This document shows, in pieces, positions 49,941 through 59,180 of a stretch of 64,000 nt of DNA. Under the pieces are notes generated by a model. It was not told the DNA's origin. It made no database searches and saw only the letters and a list, made by a program, of their open reading frames with translations. Made by a program: the position numbers and the translations under genes. Location of the stretch: the NCBI GenBank assembly GCA_963813335.1, contig CAWEYL010000006.1:32001-96000 (forward strand), given 5' to 3'. Origin of the DNA: an uncultured Chloroflexia bacterium (lineage in GTDB: Bacteria; Chloroflexota; Limnocylindria; Limnocylindrales; CSP1-4). The number at the start of each line of letters is the position of its first letter. The stretch's first letter is position 1.

Positions 49941-50780
49941 ATGGCTGAGCCGACCCGCCTCCCGAAGCCCAAGCCGAAGCCGCGCCCGAGGAAGCGCAAG
50001 TTCTCGGATCCCGCGCGCACGTACGCGAAGCGCCTCGAGCGCTACCGGCCCGGGCTCGTCCCGTTCGTCCTCGACGCCCTCGCGGAGCGCTACGGCCGCG
50101 AGCCGTGGGCGCGCCGACTCGACCCCACGAGCGAGCTGATCCTGACGATCCTCACCCAGAACAGCGCCGACACCAACGCCGAGATCGCCTTCCAGCTCCT
50201 GCGCGACGCCTACCCGTCCGGCCTGGAGGTGCAGGTCCACGTGCCCGGCATCGGCTGGGGCGGGATCGGGCTGCCACCGGGCGCGCCGCCGGACTGGGCC
50301 GCGGTCGAGGCCGCGCCGATCCCCGAGCTGACCCATGTGATCCGGCCGGGCGGCCTGGCCAACCAGAAGGCGCCGCGGCTGCAGGCCACCCTTCGCTACA
50401 TCCGCGAGCAGCGGGGCGACTACTCGCTCGAGTTCCTCGGCGACATGACCGCCCTGGACGCCCGCGCCTGGCTCACGCAGATCGATGGCATCGGCAAGAA
50501 GACCGCCTCGGTGCTGCTGATGTTCTCGTTCGGGATGCCGCTGATGCCGGTCGATCGCCACGTCGAGCGCGTTTCGAAGCGCGTCGGACTGATCCCCGCG
50601 AAGACCTCGGCCGACGACGCCCACGACCTGTTCCTCGCGATGCTCGAGCCGGACCAGATGTACGAGGCGCACGTCAACCTCATCCATCACGGACGCGTCG
50701 TCTGCCACGCCCAGCGCCCCGCGCACGAGCTCTGCCCGCTCCGCGAGCGCTGCCGCTTCGTCGACCCGAAGGCGCCCTGA
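49941..50780 (+). CDS. nth: Endonuclease III / HhH-GPD DNA glycosylase
   Basis: DGIGKKTA (HhH), PVDRHV, CHAQRPAHELCPLRERC (Fe-S motif with His at the second position). Confidence 0.85.
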   Translation: MAEPTRLPKPKPKPRPRKRKFSDPARTYAKRLERYRPGLVPFVLDALAERYGREPWARRLDPTSELILTILTQNSADTNAEIAFQLLRDAYPSGLEVQVHVPGIGWGGIGLPPGAPPDWAAVEAAPIPELTHVIRPGGLANQKAPRLQATLRYIREQRGDYSLEFLGDMTALDARAWLTQIDGIGKKTASVLLMFSFGMPLMPVDRHVERVSKRVGLIPAKTSADDAHDLFLAMLEPDQMYEAHVNLIHHGRVVCHAQRPAHELCPLRERCRFVDPKAP

Positions 50781-51061
50781 CCCACGGGCCTGGACCGGGC
50801 CTCCGGACCGGTCCCGCGACCCTGCGCCGACCCCGGACCCACCCCGGACGTTCGGCACATCCGGCGACCTCCCCGTATCATGCTGATTCGCCCCGGACCC
50901 CTGCCGACCGCACCGGCGGGTGGTGCGCCCGACCACCGATTTCGACGTTTCGGGCCCCACTGCAGAAAGGTCTCAGGCAAGGTTCACGTGCGGTACTTGT
51001 GGGCCGCACCACATAGGACGAAAGTCCGCCTTCAGCGGACGCTTCGAAGGGGAGTCCCGAC

Positions 51062-51727
51062 ATCGACGCACCCGATCGAACGCACCCCGTCACGGGTGTC
51101 GCCGATCCACTACCCACCCTCTCGCGGACCCGCCGCCGTCGTCGCTGGCGCCGGCAGGAAGGCCAGTCGCTGGCAGAGTTCGCGCTGGTCTTCCCGTTCT
51201 TCATGGTCATCCTGTTCGGCGTCATCGAATTCGGCTTTGCGCTGAACGGACTCCTCTCGACGGAGTACACGACGCGCGATGCGGCGCTGGCCGCGGCCGA
51301 GTCCGGCAATGAGTCGGGCTCCGATTGCTCGATCCTCCGTGTGGTCGAGAGCCGGACCGCGGCACCCTCGAACCACGACGACATCATCCAGGTCCGGATC
51401 TACAAGGCGCAGGCGAACGGCAACCCGGTCTCCCCGCCGCAGGCCAACGTGTTCGTCCGCACCACCGATGCCAACGTCCAGTACGTGTGCCCGGACGGCA
51501 CGGGCAAGGTCCCATACCGGCGCACGCAGAACTCCTACGACGAGCGCACTCGCTGCAACCAGCTCAACGGCTGCAACATCGCTGGCCAGAAGACGGTCGA
51601 TACGATCGGCGTGGAGATGACCCAGCACTACAGCTGGAAGACCCCGCTCGCCAACCTGCTGCCGATGACGGGCGGTGGCTACGACTTTACGACCGGCAAC
51701 GCCATGCGCATGGAGCCGATCCTGTGA
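51062..51727 (+). CDS. TadE-like minor pilin (likely ATC start)
   Basis: EGQSLAEFALVFP prepilin motif lies upstream of the first in-frame ATG (51203); SD GAAGGGGAG 7 nt before ATC 51062. Confidence 0.75.
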   Translation: MDAPDRTHPVTGVADPLPTLSRTRRRRRWRRQEGQSLAEFALVFPFFMVILFGVIEFGFALNGLLSTEYTTRDAALAAAESGNESGSDCSILRVVESRTAAPSNHDDIIQVRIYKAQANGNPVSPPQANVFVRTTDANVQYVCPDGTGKVPYRRTQNSYDERTRCNQLNGCNIAGQKTVDTIGVEMTQHYSWKTPLANLLPMTGGGYDFTTGNAMRMEPIL

Positions 51728-52356
51728 GCGCCCGGCCCCGGCTCAGCCCTGATCTCCACGATGTCCGGGGCCAGAGCCTCGTCGAGTACGCGATGACCGT
51801 TCCGGTCTTCCTGATCATCCTGCTCGGCATCCTCGAGTTCGGGTTCGCGTTCTCGCATCACATGACGATGGAATACTCCACGCGCGAAGGCGCGCGGACC
51901 GCGGCAGCACTGAACAACGGCACCGACCAGATCAGCTGCAACGGGTTGAACGACGACAACGTCGACAATCAGGTCATCGCTGCCGTCCAGCGTGTCCTGA
52001 CCGCAGCAGGGTCGCAAGTCTCGCTCGCGGACGTGCAGTCGATCCACATCTACAAGGCGTCGTCGACAGGGAAGGAGCCATCGATCGGCTCCGTGAATAT
52101 CTGGGTCCCAGGAGCCAGTCCTTCCACTGTCGGGGGGCAGCAGCTCCTGTTCAACCGGACCCAGCATGCCTGGGATGCCTGCGGCCGGGACAACAAGTCC
52201 TCGGGAGTCAGTGACCCGGTCGACTCGGTCGGCGTGTCGATGACCTACACGTATCACTTCGTCACGCCGCTCTCGAGTCTCCTCGGCCTCGTTGGTGCCG
52301 GCCAGCTCACGATGAGCGACCACACCGTCATGGCCCTCAATCCCGACCCGGTCTGA
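51724..52356 (+). CDS. TadE-like minor pilin
   Basis: RGQSLVEYAMTVP, REGARTAA; GTGA overlap with the upstream stop. Confidence 0.85.
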   Translation: MSARPRLSPDLHDVRGQSLVEYAMTVPVFLIILLGILEFGFAFSHHMTMEYSTREGARTAAALNNGTDQISCNGLNDDNVDNQVIAAVQRVLTAAGSQVSLADVQSIHIYKASSTGKEPSIGSVNIWVPGASPSTVGGQQLLFNRTQHAWDACGRDNKSSGVSDPVDSVGVSMTYTYHFVTPLSSLLGLVGAGQLTMSDHTVMALNPDPV

Positions 52357-52373
52357 ACGAGGACCTGCACGAC

Positions 52374-54719
52374 ATGATCCGAAGGACGAAGACCGGGCGC
52401 GCGACCGGCGAAGGGCTGTCGACCGTAACCGACGCGGACCGCCGACGGCGTAGCCGCGGTCAGGTTCTGGTCATCTTCGCGGGGGCTCTGTTCCTGCTGA
52501 TGATGATCGCGGCCGTCGTCGTTGACGTGTCCTGGTTCTGGGTGAACGCTCTACGGGTCCAGCGTGCCGCCGACGCGGCAGCGCTCGCCGGCGCCGTCGA
52601 GTTGCCGAAATACCCGGATGCGGGCAGCGGCCATGCCTACGACCTGGCGTACAAGGAGGCCCTCAAGAACGGGTACGCCAACGGGGTCGGCGGGGTGTCG
52701 GTCATCCCGCTCCAGGACAAGGTCTTTTCGAACCGGCTCAACGTGACGATCACGGCGCCAGTGGGCACCTTCTTCATGAAGGTCATCGGCATCTCCACGA
52801 TCCCGGTCACCCGCACGGCCAAGGGCGAGTACGTCCAGCCAGTGCCGCTCGGCAGCCCGCAGAACTACTTCGGCGTGGGCTATCTCGTCAAGCCGCAGCA
52901 GACCACGACGACCAATACGAGTACATCCAACGGCACGACCGACAACGATTTCGTGACCCACAACCCGTTCATCGCCGGCGGCCAGTGGTCGTGGACGCCG
53001 ACCAGCTTCGGGCGGACCATCGCGACGGCCGTCGACAACGACAACGACAACGAGTACGCGTTCACGAGCACGACCGGCCAGCACCAGGAATGGGGCAACT
53101 TCAACCTGGTCGGCACGGGCGGTGGACTGCCCAACCTCGCCGCGAACCAGACGATGACGATCCGCGGCGTCCGTGTCTACCTCGACAACACGTACCTGAC
53201 GAGTTCATGCAGCGGGTTCGGCCGCCGCGGGCAACTCCAGGCCGACCTGTCGTGGGGAGCGGGCGCGAATGGCACGTGGTCGTCGCAGGTCGCGACCGGC
53301 GGTCTGCCGACGAGCTCCAACAACGACGAGACGCTCGGCTCCACCACGGGCAATTCGTGGGGATCACACACATGGACCCGAGCCGATTTCGACAACTCGA
53401 AGTTCCAGGTGCGCCTCACCTACGACGAGAACTGTACGAACGCGCCGCAGGTTCGGGTTGACCGGATCCGCATCGAGATCGGCTATTCGATCACGACGAC
53501 CACGACGACGACCGTCACCACATTGCAGCAGAACGCCCCGGTCGTGAGTCCGACGGGCGGCACGCTATCGCCGCAGAACTTCTGGGCGGCGATGCAGAGC
53601 CAGGGCGCGCCGAACATCCAGGGCGACGCCTTCATGACGAAGTACGAACGTCGGAAGGGCACCTTGAACGACAAGGACCCCGGGCAGGATCCGGATGCCA
53701 ACTACCTGCCCGACTCGTTCTACAACTACGCCGTCGAGGTCCCGGCAGGCGCTTCCAGCGCGAACGTCTACGTCTACGACCCCGGCTTCTGCGACACCAC
53801 CAGCGAGGGTGGGCTCGGCGAGTACTGGTCGGGTGGAACCAGCTCGAACGGCGAGGACTACGGTCCGAGCAACGAACAACCGATCAGCACCTTCTTCGAC
53901 CTGTACAACACCAACGGGACGCTTGGGAACAACGACGACGACACCTTGGTCAACGCGACCGGGAACGCGTATCGACGGTTGTCGTACCAGGACTACCTGG
54001 TCTACGACGCCCTGAATCGCAACACCGACAAGAACGACTGCACCAATCAGGCCTGGCATTACGGCTGGCGCCAACTCAACAGCGGGCCGCTCGGCGCGGG
54101 CACCTACCGGATCCATGTCTATTCGACGGACCCGAGCTCGGCCAACGACCAGAACGACTCGACCGCTCTGAATGCGTATGCCTTCTATGCCAATGCGACC
54201 GGTGGGAACCCGCGGATCTACGGCATCGGCGCGATGGAGGCGTACATCCGGCTTCCAGGCGGCCGAGCGTCGGAGTTCTACCTCGCCCAGATCGACGCGG
54301 CAAATGCCGGCAAGATCATGTACATCGACCTCTGGGATCCCGGCGACACGGGCCAGTTGTCGGCGAACCTGCAGATCCTGGCTCCGCGGTCTGGCGGCTG
54401 GACTGCCACCTCGTTCAGCTATCAGGGCTCTCAGGGCACCACGAACCGCGACGCCTCTTCCAGCTGCAACAACCGCTCCGGCACATCCACGTCCGTGACC
54501 ACGAACACCGGCGGGACGAGCCTGTACAACGGATGCTGGCTGCGGATCCAAGTCGCGATCCCGGACAACTACTCCGCCCCGGTCGACCCCGTCTCCGGCG
54601 AGAAGGGCTGGTGGAAGATCCGCTACAACATGGGCGGCAGCTCCTCGGACTTCTCGACGGACCTGACGACCTGGCAGGTCACGATGCACAACAACCCGGT
54701 CCACCTCGTCATCCCGTGA
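52374..54719 (+). CDS. Large TadG-like pilus tip/adhesin protein
   Basis: RGQVLVIFA, QRAADAAALAGA, then ~600 aa rich in N/T/G/Y/W. Confidence 0.8.
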   Translation: MIRRTKTGRATGEGLSTVTDADRRRRSRGQVLVIFAGALFLLMMIAAVVVDVSWFWVNALRVQRAADAAALAGAVELPKYPDAGSGHAYDLAYKEALKNGYANGVGGVSVIPLQDKVFSNRLNVTITAPVGTFFMKVIGISTIPVTRTAKGEYVQPVPLGSPQNYFGVGYLVKPQQTTTTNTSTSNGTTDNDFVTHNPFIAGGQWSWTPTSFGRTIATAVDNDNDNEYAFTSTTGQHQEWGNFNLVGTGGGLPNLAANQTMTIRGVRVYLDNTYLTSSCSGFGRRGQLQADLSWGAGANGTWSSQVATGGLPTSSNNDETLGSTTGNSWGSHTWTRADFDNSKFQVRLTYDENCTNAPQVRVDRIRIEIGYSITTTTTTTVTTLQQNAPVVSPTGGTLSPQNFWAAMQSQGAPNIQGDAFMTKYERRKGTLNDKDPGQDPDANYLPDSFYNYAVEVPAGASSANVYVYDPGFCDTTSEGGLGEYWSGGTSSNGEDYGPSNEQPISTFFDLYNTNGTLGNNDDDTLVNATGNAYRRLSYQDYLVYDALNRNTDKNDCTNQAWHYGWRQLNSGPLGAGTYRIHVYSTDPSSANDQNDSTALNAYAFYANATGGNPRIYGIGAMEAYIRLPGGRASEFYLAQIDAANAGKIMYIDLWDPGDTGQLSANLQILAPRSGGWTATSFSYQGSQGTTNRDASSSCNNRSGTSTSVTTNTGGTSLYNGCWLRIQVAIPDNYSAPVDPVSGEKGWWKIRYNMGGSSSDFSTDLTTWQVTMHNNPVHLVIP

Positions 54720-54724
54720 TCGAC

Positions 54725-54757
54725 GATCAGGTGATGCGTCCGCGCACCACCTGATCA
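54725..54757 (+). terminator. Hairpin after the tadG-like gene
   Basis: GATCAGGTG...CACCTGATC. Confidence 0.5.
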
Positions 54758-54871
54758 CCCATCCGGGCGGACATCCCGCTCGGGAAGGACTACAGTCGAG
54801 GACGAACGCGCGCGCGTTCGCTTTCGACGTTCCGAACCCAGCCGAGCCGATCGACCAGCGCGAGGACATTC

Positions 54872-55963
54872 GTGACCGAGCAGGAAAGGCGCCGCCGCCA
54901 CCGCGACCGACTCCGCATCGGGGTCATCGTGGCGTGCCTGGCCATCGGGCTGGTGCCGGTCGTCGTCGTCTTCGCCGCCTCCCCGGAGCCCTCGAGCTCG
55001 TTCGATCCGGGCGCGTCGGCATCGGCATCGGCAGACGCGTCGGCTTCCGCAGAGGCGACCGCCTCGGCCGAGGCCACGGCATCCGCGTCGGCATCGGCGT
55101 CGAACGCCGCACCGGTCGTGCCGCTGGCACCCCAGTCGACCACCAAGCCGGATACCTCCAAGACCGACGGCGCGAACGGCGCCCGCGGCGGACAGGGCTT
55201 CGGCGGCATCACGATCACCGGGATCGCCGGCATGAAGCTGAGCCTCGAGACCGCGGATGGCTGGACCCGCACGATCACCGTGACGGCCGACACCAAGATC
55301 ACCAAGGGCGGCAAGGCCGCCACCGTCAGCGACCTGGAGCTCGGCGACAAGATCACCTTCCGCCAGAAGCGCAATGACGACGGGACCTACACGATCGTCT
55401 CGATCAACGTTCCGACGCCGATGGCCAGCGGCAAGGTGACCGCGGTCGGGTCGAGCACGATCACGCTCGCCGGTCGTGGCGGCAAGACCAAGGTCATCAC
55501 CGTCAACGGCTCGACGACGTACGCGTTCGGCAAGGACGGCGCTGCCACCAAGAGCGATGTCGTCGTCGGTTCGTCGGTCGTGGCCCTGGGCACCGTCAGC
55601 GGCGACACCTTCACCGCGGCCTCCGTGCGGATCCTGCCAAGCGTCGTCGGCGGCGAGGTGACCGCCAAGACCTCCACGAGCATCACCCTCAAGACCCGCG
55701 ACGGGACGAGCGTCACGGTCCACGTCGACAGCTCGACCAAGTTCTTCGTCCGCGGCACCGCGGCCGGGGCCACCGCGACCATCGCCGACATCGCGGTGGG
55801 CGACAAGGTCATGGCCAGCGGGCAGCTCCAGGCGAACGGCTCGATCGACGCGGACGTGGTCGGCGGCGGCAAGGGCGGCTGGGGCTTCGGCCGCGGCGGC
55901 TTCGACGGCCACGACAAGAACGCCCCCGACGCGAGCCCGAAGGCCTCAGGACCGACCACCTAG
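54872..55963 (+). CDS. Membrane-anchored protein with three DUF5666-like beta repeats
   Basis: TM, Ala/Ser linker, repeated GxVTA..SITL...ATxSDlxxGDxV. Confidence 0.75.
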   Translation: MTEQERRRRHRDRLRIGVIVACLAIGLVPVVVVFAASPEPSSSFDPGASASASADASASAEATASAEATASASASASNAAPVVPLAPQSTTKPDTSKTDGANGARGGQGFGGITITGIAGMKLSLETADGWTRTITVTADTKITKGGKAATVSDLELGDKITFRQKRNDDGTYTIVSINVPTPMASGKVTAVGSSTITLAGRGGKTKVITVNGSTTYAFGKDGAATKSDVVVGSSVVALGTVSGDTFTAASVRILPSVVGGEVTAKTSTSITLKTRDGTSVTVHVDSSTKFFVRGTAAGATATIADIAVGDKVMASGQLQANGSIDADVVGGGKGGWGFGRGGFDGHDKNAPDASPKASGPTT

Positions 55964-56047
55964 GCTCCCCGGCGCGAGCGCAGGTCCCACGCGCTTAGGC
56001 CTTCCGTACCCGCGCCGCGCCGCGCCCGCCGTCCTACAATCCAGCCC

Positions 56048-56659
56048 ATGAGCTGGAACATGCCGATCGACGCCTTCAGCGGCGACGAGCCCCAGGGTCG
56101 CGAAGAGCAGATCGAGCTCGTCGGTACGCACCTCCGGCTGACGGGCAAGATGTACCTCGGCCGGTTCGGTCGCCTGACCGACCTCATCAACGCGCAGAGC
56201 GGCTACATCCGCGTCCATGACGCGCAGCTCCTGCGACGCAACGGCGACCCCACGACCCTCGTCCTGCCCGAGTTGATGATCGACAAGGATGAGATCTCGT
56301 TCATCGCCCAGGAGGATCCCGAGCCGCCGGCCGAGGCGTCCGGGCTGGCTGGTGCCGGCGCGATGAGCGATTTCGGTGAGGTGACGATGACTCGTCGACC
56401 GCGCCAGTTCGTGATGTTCACGCCGGGCCACACGGTCACCGGCTCGGCCTACGTCTACGGCGAGACGGACCTCGCCGCGTTCGTCGACACGACTGACCCC
56501 CGATTCATCGCGCTCACGGAGGTCACGACGCGCTCGCTGGCCGACCGCCGGATCATCAGCCATTACAAGTTCGTGCTGATCAACCGGACCCAGATGATCG
56601 CCGCGTCAGAGACCGGGCGCCAGGGCGACATCGCCGAAGAGCACATCCCGGACCTGTAG
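56048..56659 (+). CDS. Hypothetical protein with two internally duplicated beta domains
   Basis: Halves align (LRLTGKMYL/HTVTGSAYV; YIRVHDA/FIALTEV; LMIDKDEI/VLINRTQM); TACAAT 7 nt before the ATG. Confidence 0.75.
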   Translation: MSWNMPIDAFSGDEPQGREEQIELVGTHLRLTGKMYLGRFGRLTDLINAQSGYIRVHDAQLLRRNGDPTTLVLPELMIDKDEISFIAQEDPEPPAEASGLAGAGAMSDFGEVTMTRRPRQFVMFTPGHTVTGSAYVYGETDLAAFVDTTDPRFIALTEVTTRSLADRRIISHYKFVLINRTQMIAASETGRQGDIAEEHIPDL

Positions 56660-56737
56660 CCCGACGCCGGGCCCGCGCACCACCCGGTCGCCCACCCAGA
56701 CGGCACCGAACCCCACCGCTCCGGCCGCGCGCGCGCC

Positions 56738-56933
56738 GATCCGGTGCGTTCACGCCACGACGACCCCGTCGGCGTCCGCCCGCCCGGCGCCAGCCGTCAC
56801 CGCTCCGCCGGTCGTCTCGGTGCGCACGGGCACGCCGTCCGGGTGGGTGCGATCGAGTCTGGTCGAGTCCGTCCTGGACCTTTGGTCCTGCCCATGGATG
56901 ACCCGAAACGCCCGTGGCCGGAACGCACCGATC
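56738..56933. repeat. ~196-bp inverted-repeat-bounded element between convergent genes
   Basis: GATCCGGTGCGTTCACGCCACG / CGTGGCCGGAACGCACCGATC. Confidence 0.45.
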
Positions 56934-56984
56934 GCGGCCGGGCACGCCGCGCGGCCGACCACCGCCGACTGGACGACAGTCGGA

Positions 56985-57527
56985 CTACCCGGACCTGGTG
57001 CCCTCGACGTCGTCGGGTCGACGCGCGCCCAGGGCGGCCATCGAACGCGCGGGCGGGGTGTGCCCGGGCACGACCGATCCGGCCGTGGTCTGCGTGACGA
57101 CTTCCTGACTCGGACCCAATTCGATCACGGTTTCCCCGCGTCGTCCGGGGCCGACAGGTATCGCCTCTGACGCGGTCGTGATCGCAGGCACCTGGTCCGG
57201 GGAGTCTTCCGGACTGAAGCCAGGGATCGCTTCGATGACCTCCCCCGTGGTCGAGTCGATCAGCTTGATCGTCTCGAACCGATCCACGGGATTTCCGCAG
57301 CCGTAACACGTCTTGTCGGCTGGCTGGTTCGCCGAATGGCACATCTGGCAGACCCACAGGTATCCCGTGAGTGAGGCTGTCCGCTGACGAGTCCGACCGA
57401 ACAGGAGCCGATAGAGGAGCCAGACGGTGGTCGGGGTGATGAGGACCAGGGCCGCCAGCAGCGCAGGCGGGGTATGTGCTGCTGTGGAGCCGATGGCAGA
57501 GATGATGTCGTTCGCGTCGGCGGGCAT
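56985..57527 (-). CDS. Membrane protein with RanBP2-type zinc ribbon
   Basis: TM, then WVCQMCHSAN...TCYGCG. Confidence 0.6.
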   Translation of the reverse strand: MPADANDIISAIGSTAAHTPPALLAALVLITPTTVWLLYRLLFGRTRQRTASLTGYLWVCQMCHSANQPADKTCYGCGNPVDRFETIKLIDSTTGEVIEAIPGFSPEDSPDQVPAITTASEAIPVGPGRRGETVIELGPSQEVVTQTTAGSVVPGHTPPARSMAALGARRPDDVEGTRSG

Positions 57528-57715
57528 GCACCTATTTGACTCGTCATGGGCGCGAGATTCAACACCTGTGTGGCTCCGAGGCAACGGTCTTCACCGCGGT
57601 CTTTCGCTCCAGACCACACCGCACCGCACCGGACGTTCGTCCCACCGAGTACTAGTGGTCCACCGCATCGTCCGCGGCGGGTCGATGTATCGGGGATCGC
57701 CCGTACAATCGCGGC

Positions 57716-58366
57716 GTGAACTCCTCGCGCACCACAGGCCGCCGAACGCGAGTGCCGCACGGGCATGCGATGGGGACGCTGCCCATGCTCGTCGCCATCC
57801 TCGTGATCGGCTCAGCGGGCCTCGCGCCGGCGACGTGGGCCGCGAATACGTCCATCTCGATCACCGACTCGCGGTACGACCCGGGCGACCTGACCATCGT
57901 CCAAGGGGAGGTCGTCACCTGGACGCAGAATGGCGGTTTGACGCACACCGTCACCGCCGACGGTGGCAGCTTCGACAGCGGCGTCCTGGCGCCCGGTGCA
58001 TTCTTCGACCATGCGTTCGAGACCCCCGGCACGTACACCTATCACTGCACGCTCCACGACATGAGCGGCCGTATCACGGTCCGCGCAGCCACGCCGCCAT
58101 CCAGCGCCGCGCCCACGCCGACGTCCCCGTCGACTCCGATCCAGACTGCTCCACCGACAGCCGGTCAGAGCGGACACGCCGCAGAGGGTGTGTCACCGGT
58201 GGCGTCGGCTTCGGCTACCGCGGCTCCAGCCGATGTGGGTCCGTCGGATGCGGGTCTGTCACCGCTCACGCTCGTGATCGCGGCCGTCCTCGTGATCTTG
58301 ATCGTCGTCGTGGCGCTCTTCCTGATCCCGGCCCGGCGCGACTCGAAGGGCGACCGGACGGGCTGA
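57716..58366 (+). CDS. Membrane-anchored cupredoxin (plastocyanin-like)
   Basis: HTVT, YHCTLHDM type-1 Cu ligands, C-terminal TM; TACAAT 6 nt before the GTG. Confidence 0.85.
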   Translation: MNSSRTTGRRTRVPHGHAMGTLPMLVAILVIGSAGLAPATWAANTSISITDSRYDPGDLTIVQGEVVTWTQNGGLTHTVTADGGSFDSGVLAPGAFFDHAFETPGTYTYHCTLHDMSGRITVRAATPPSSAAPTPTSPSTPIQTAPPTAGQSGHAAEGVSPVASASATAAPADVGPSDAGLSPLTLVIAAVLVILIVVVALFLIPARRDSKGDRTG

Positions 58367-58412
58367 CCTTCGTCCGGTTTCGCATCCGAAACCCGCTGCT
58401 ATCCTCGGGGGC

Positions 58413-59180
58413 ATGCTCGACGGCGGTTCCGACGGGGGTGCGCGAACGGGCCCGTATGGCTCGACGGGCTACGGCGTGGGCGCCCCGCGGATCCTCCTGG
58501 TCGACGACGACCCGGACCTGCTGGTGCTGCTGGCCGACCAGCTGCGCAACGACGGGTATCTCGTCACGACGGCACGGGACGGGGTCGAGGCCGTGCGTCG
58601 GCTGGAGACAGCGTGGCCGGATCTCCTGCTGATCGACATGATGATGCCCCGCCGCGACGGGCTGTCCCTCGCGCGCGAGGTCAAGGCGATGGCCGACCTG
58701 CCGATCATCGTGCTGTCCGCCATCGACGCCGGGGACTCCAAGGCCGACCTCCTCGACGAGGTGGCCGAGGACTACATCACCAAGCCCTACCACTATCCCG
58801 AGCTGCGGGCCCGCATCAACCGGGTCCTGCGCCGGCTCGGCGACAAGGTGCCGCGAAGGAGCCTGGTCCTGGGACCGAATCTGACGCTCGAGCTGCATCG
58901 CCGCGAGGCGACCGTCGGCGGCGAGACCGTCAAGCTGACCCCGACCGAGTCGCGCCTGCTCTACGCGCTGGCCGCGAACCTCGGGATCACGGTCTCGACC
59001 GACACGCTGCTGGTCCGCGGCTGGGCGGAGACCGAGGACGCCGACCCGTCCTACGTCTGGGTCACGATGCGCCGGCTCCGCCAGAAGCTGGAAGTGGACC
59101 CCAACAAGCCGGCGCACCTGCTGACGGTCCGCGGCATCGGGTACCGGCTCGTCGCCACGGAGGCGCCGGGCGGTGTCTGA
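58413..59180 (+). CDS. OmpR-family response regulator
   Basis: LVDDD, IDMMMP, YITKP, RLRQKLE, TVRGIGY. Confidence 0.92.
   Translation: MLDGGSDGGARTGPYGSTGYGVGAPRILLVDDDPDLLVLLADQLRNDGYLVTTARDGVEAVRRLETAWPDLLLIDMMMPRRDGLSLAREVKAMADLPIIVLSAIDAGDSKADLLDEVAEDYITKPYHYPELRARINRVLRRLGDKVPRRSLVLGPNLTLELHRREATVGGETVKLTPTESRLLYALAANLGITVSTDTLLVRGWAETEDADPSYVWVTMRRLRQKLEVDPNKPAHLLTVRGIGYRLVATEAPGGV

Noticed and set aside
50880-51060. c-di-GMP riboswitch upstream of the tad genes
   Set aside because: Only a GAAA tetraloop hairpin; GEMM consensus elements were not recognisable
55010-55105. Ala/Ser- and Pro/Lys-coding repeats (also 3730-3790 and 31990-32110)
   Set aside because: Ordinary low-complexity linkers of surface proteins
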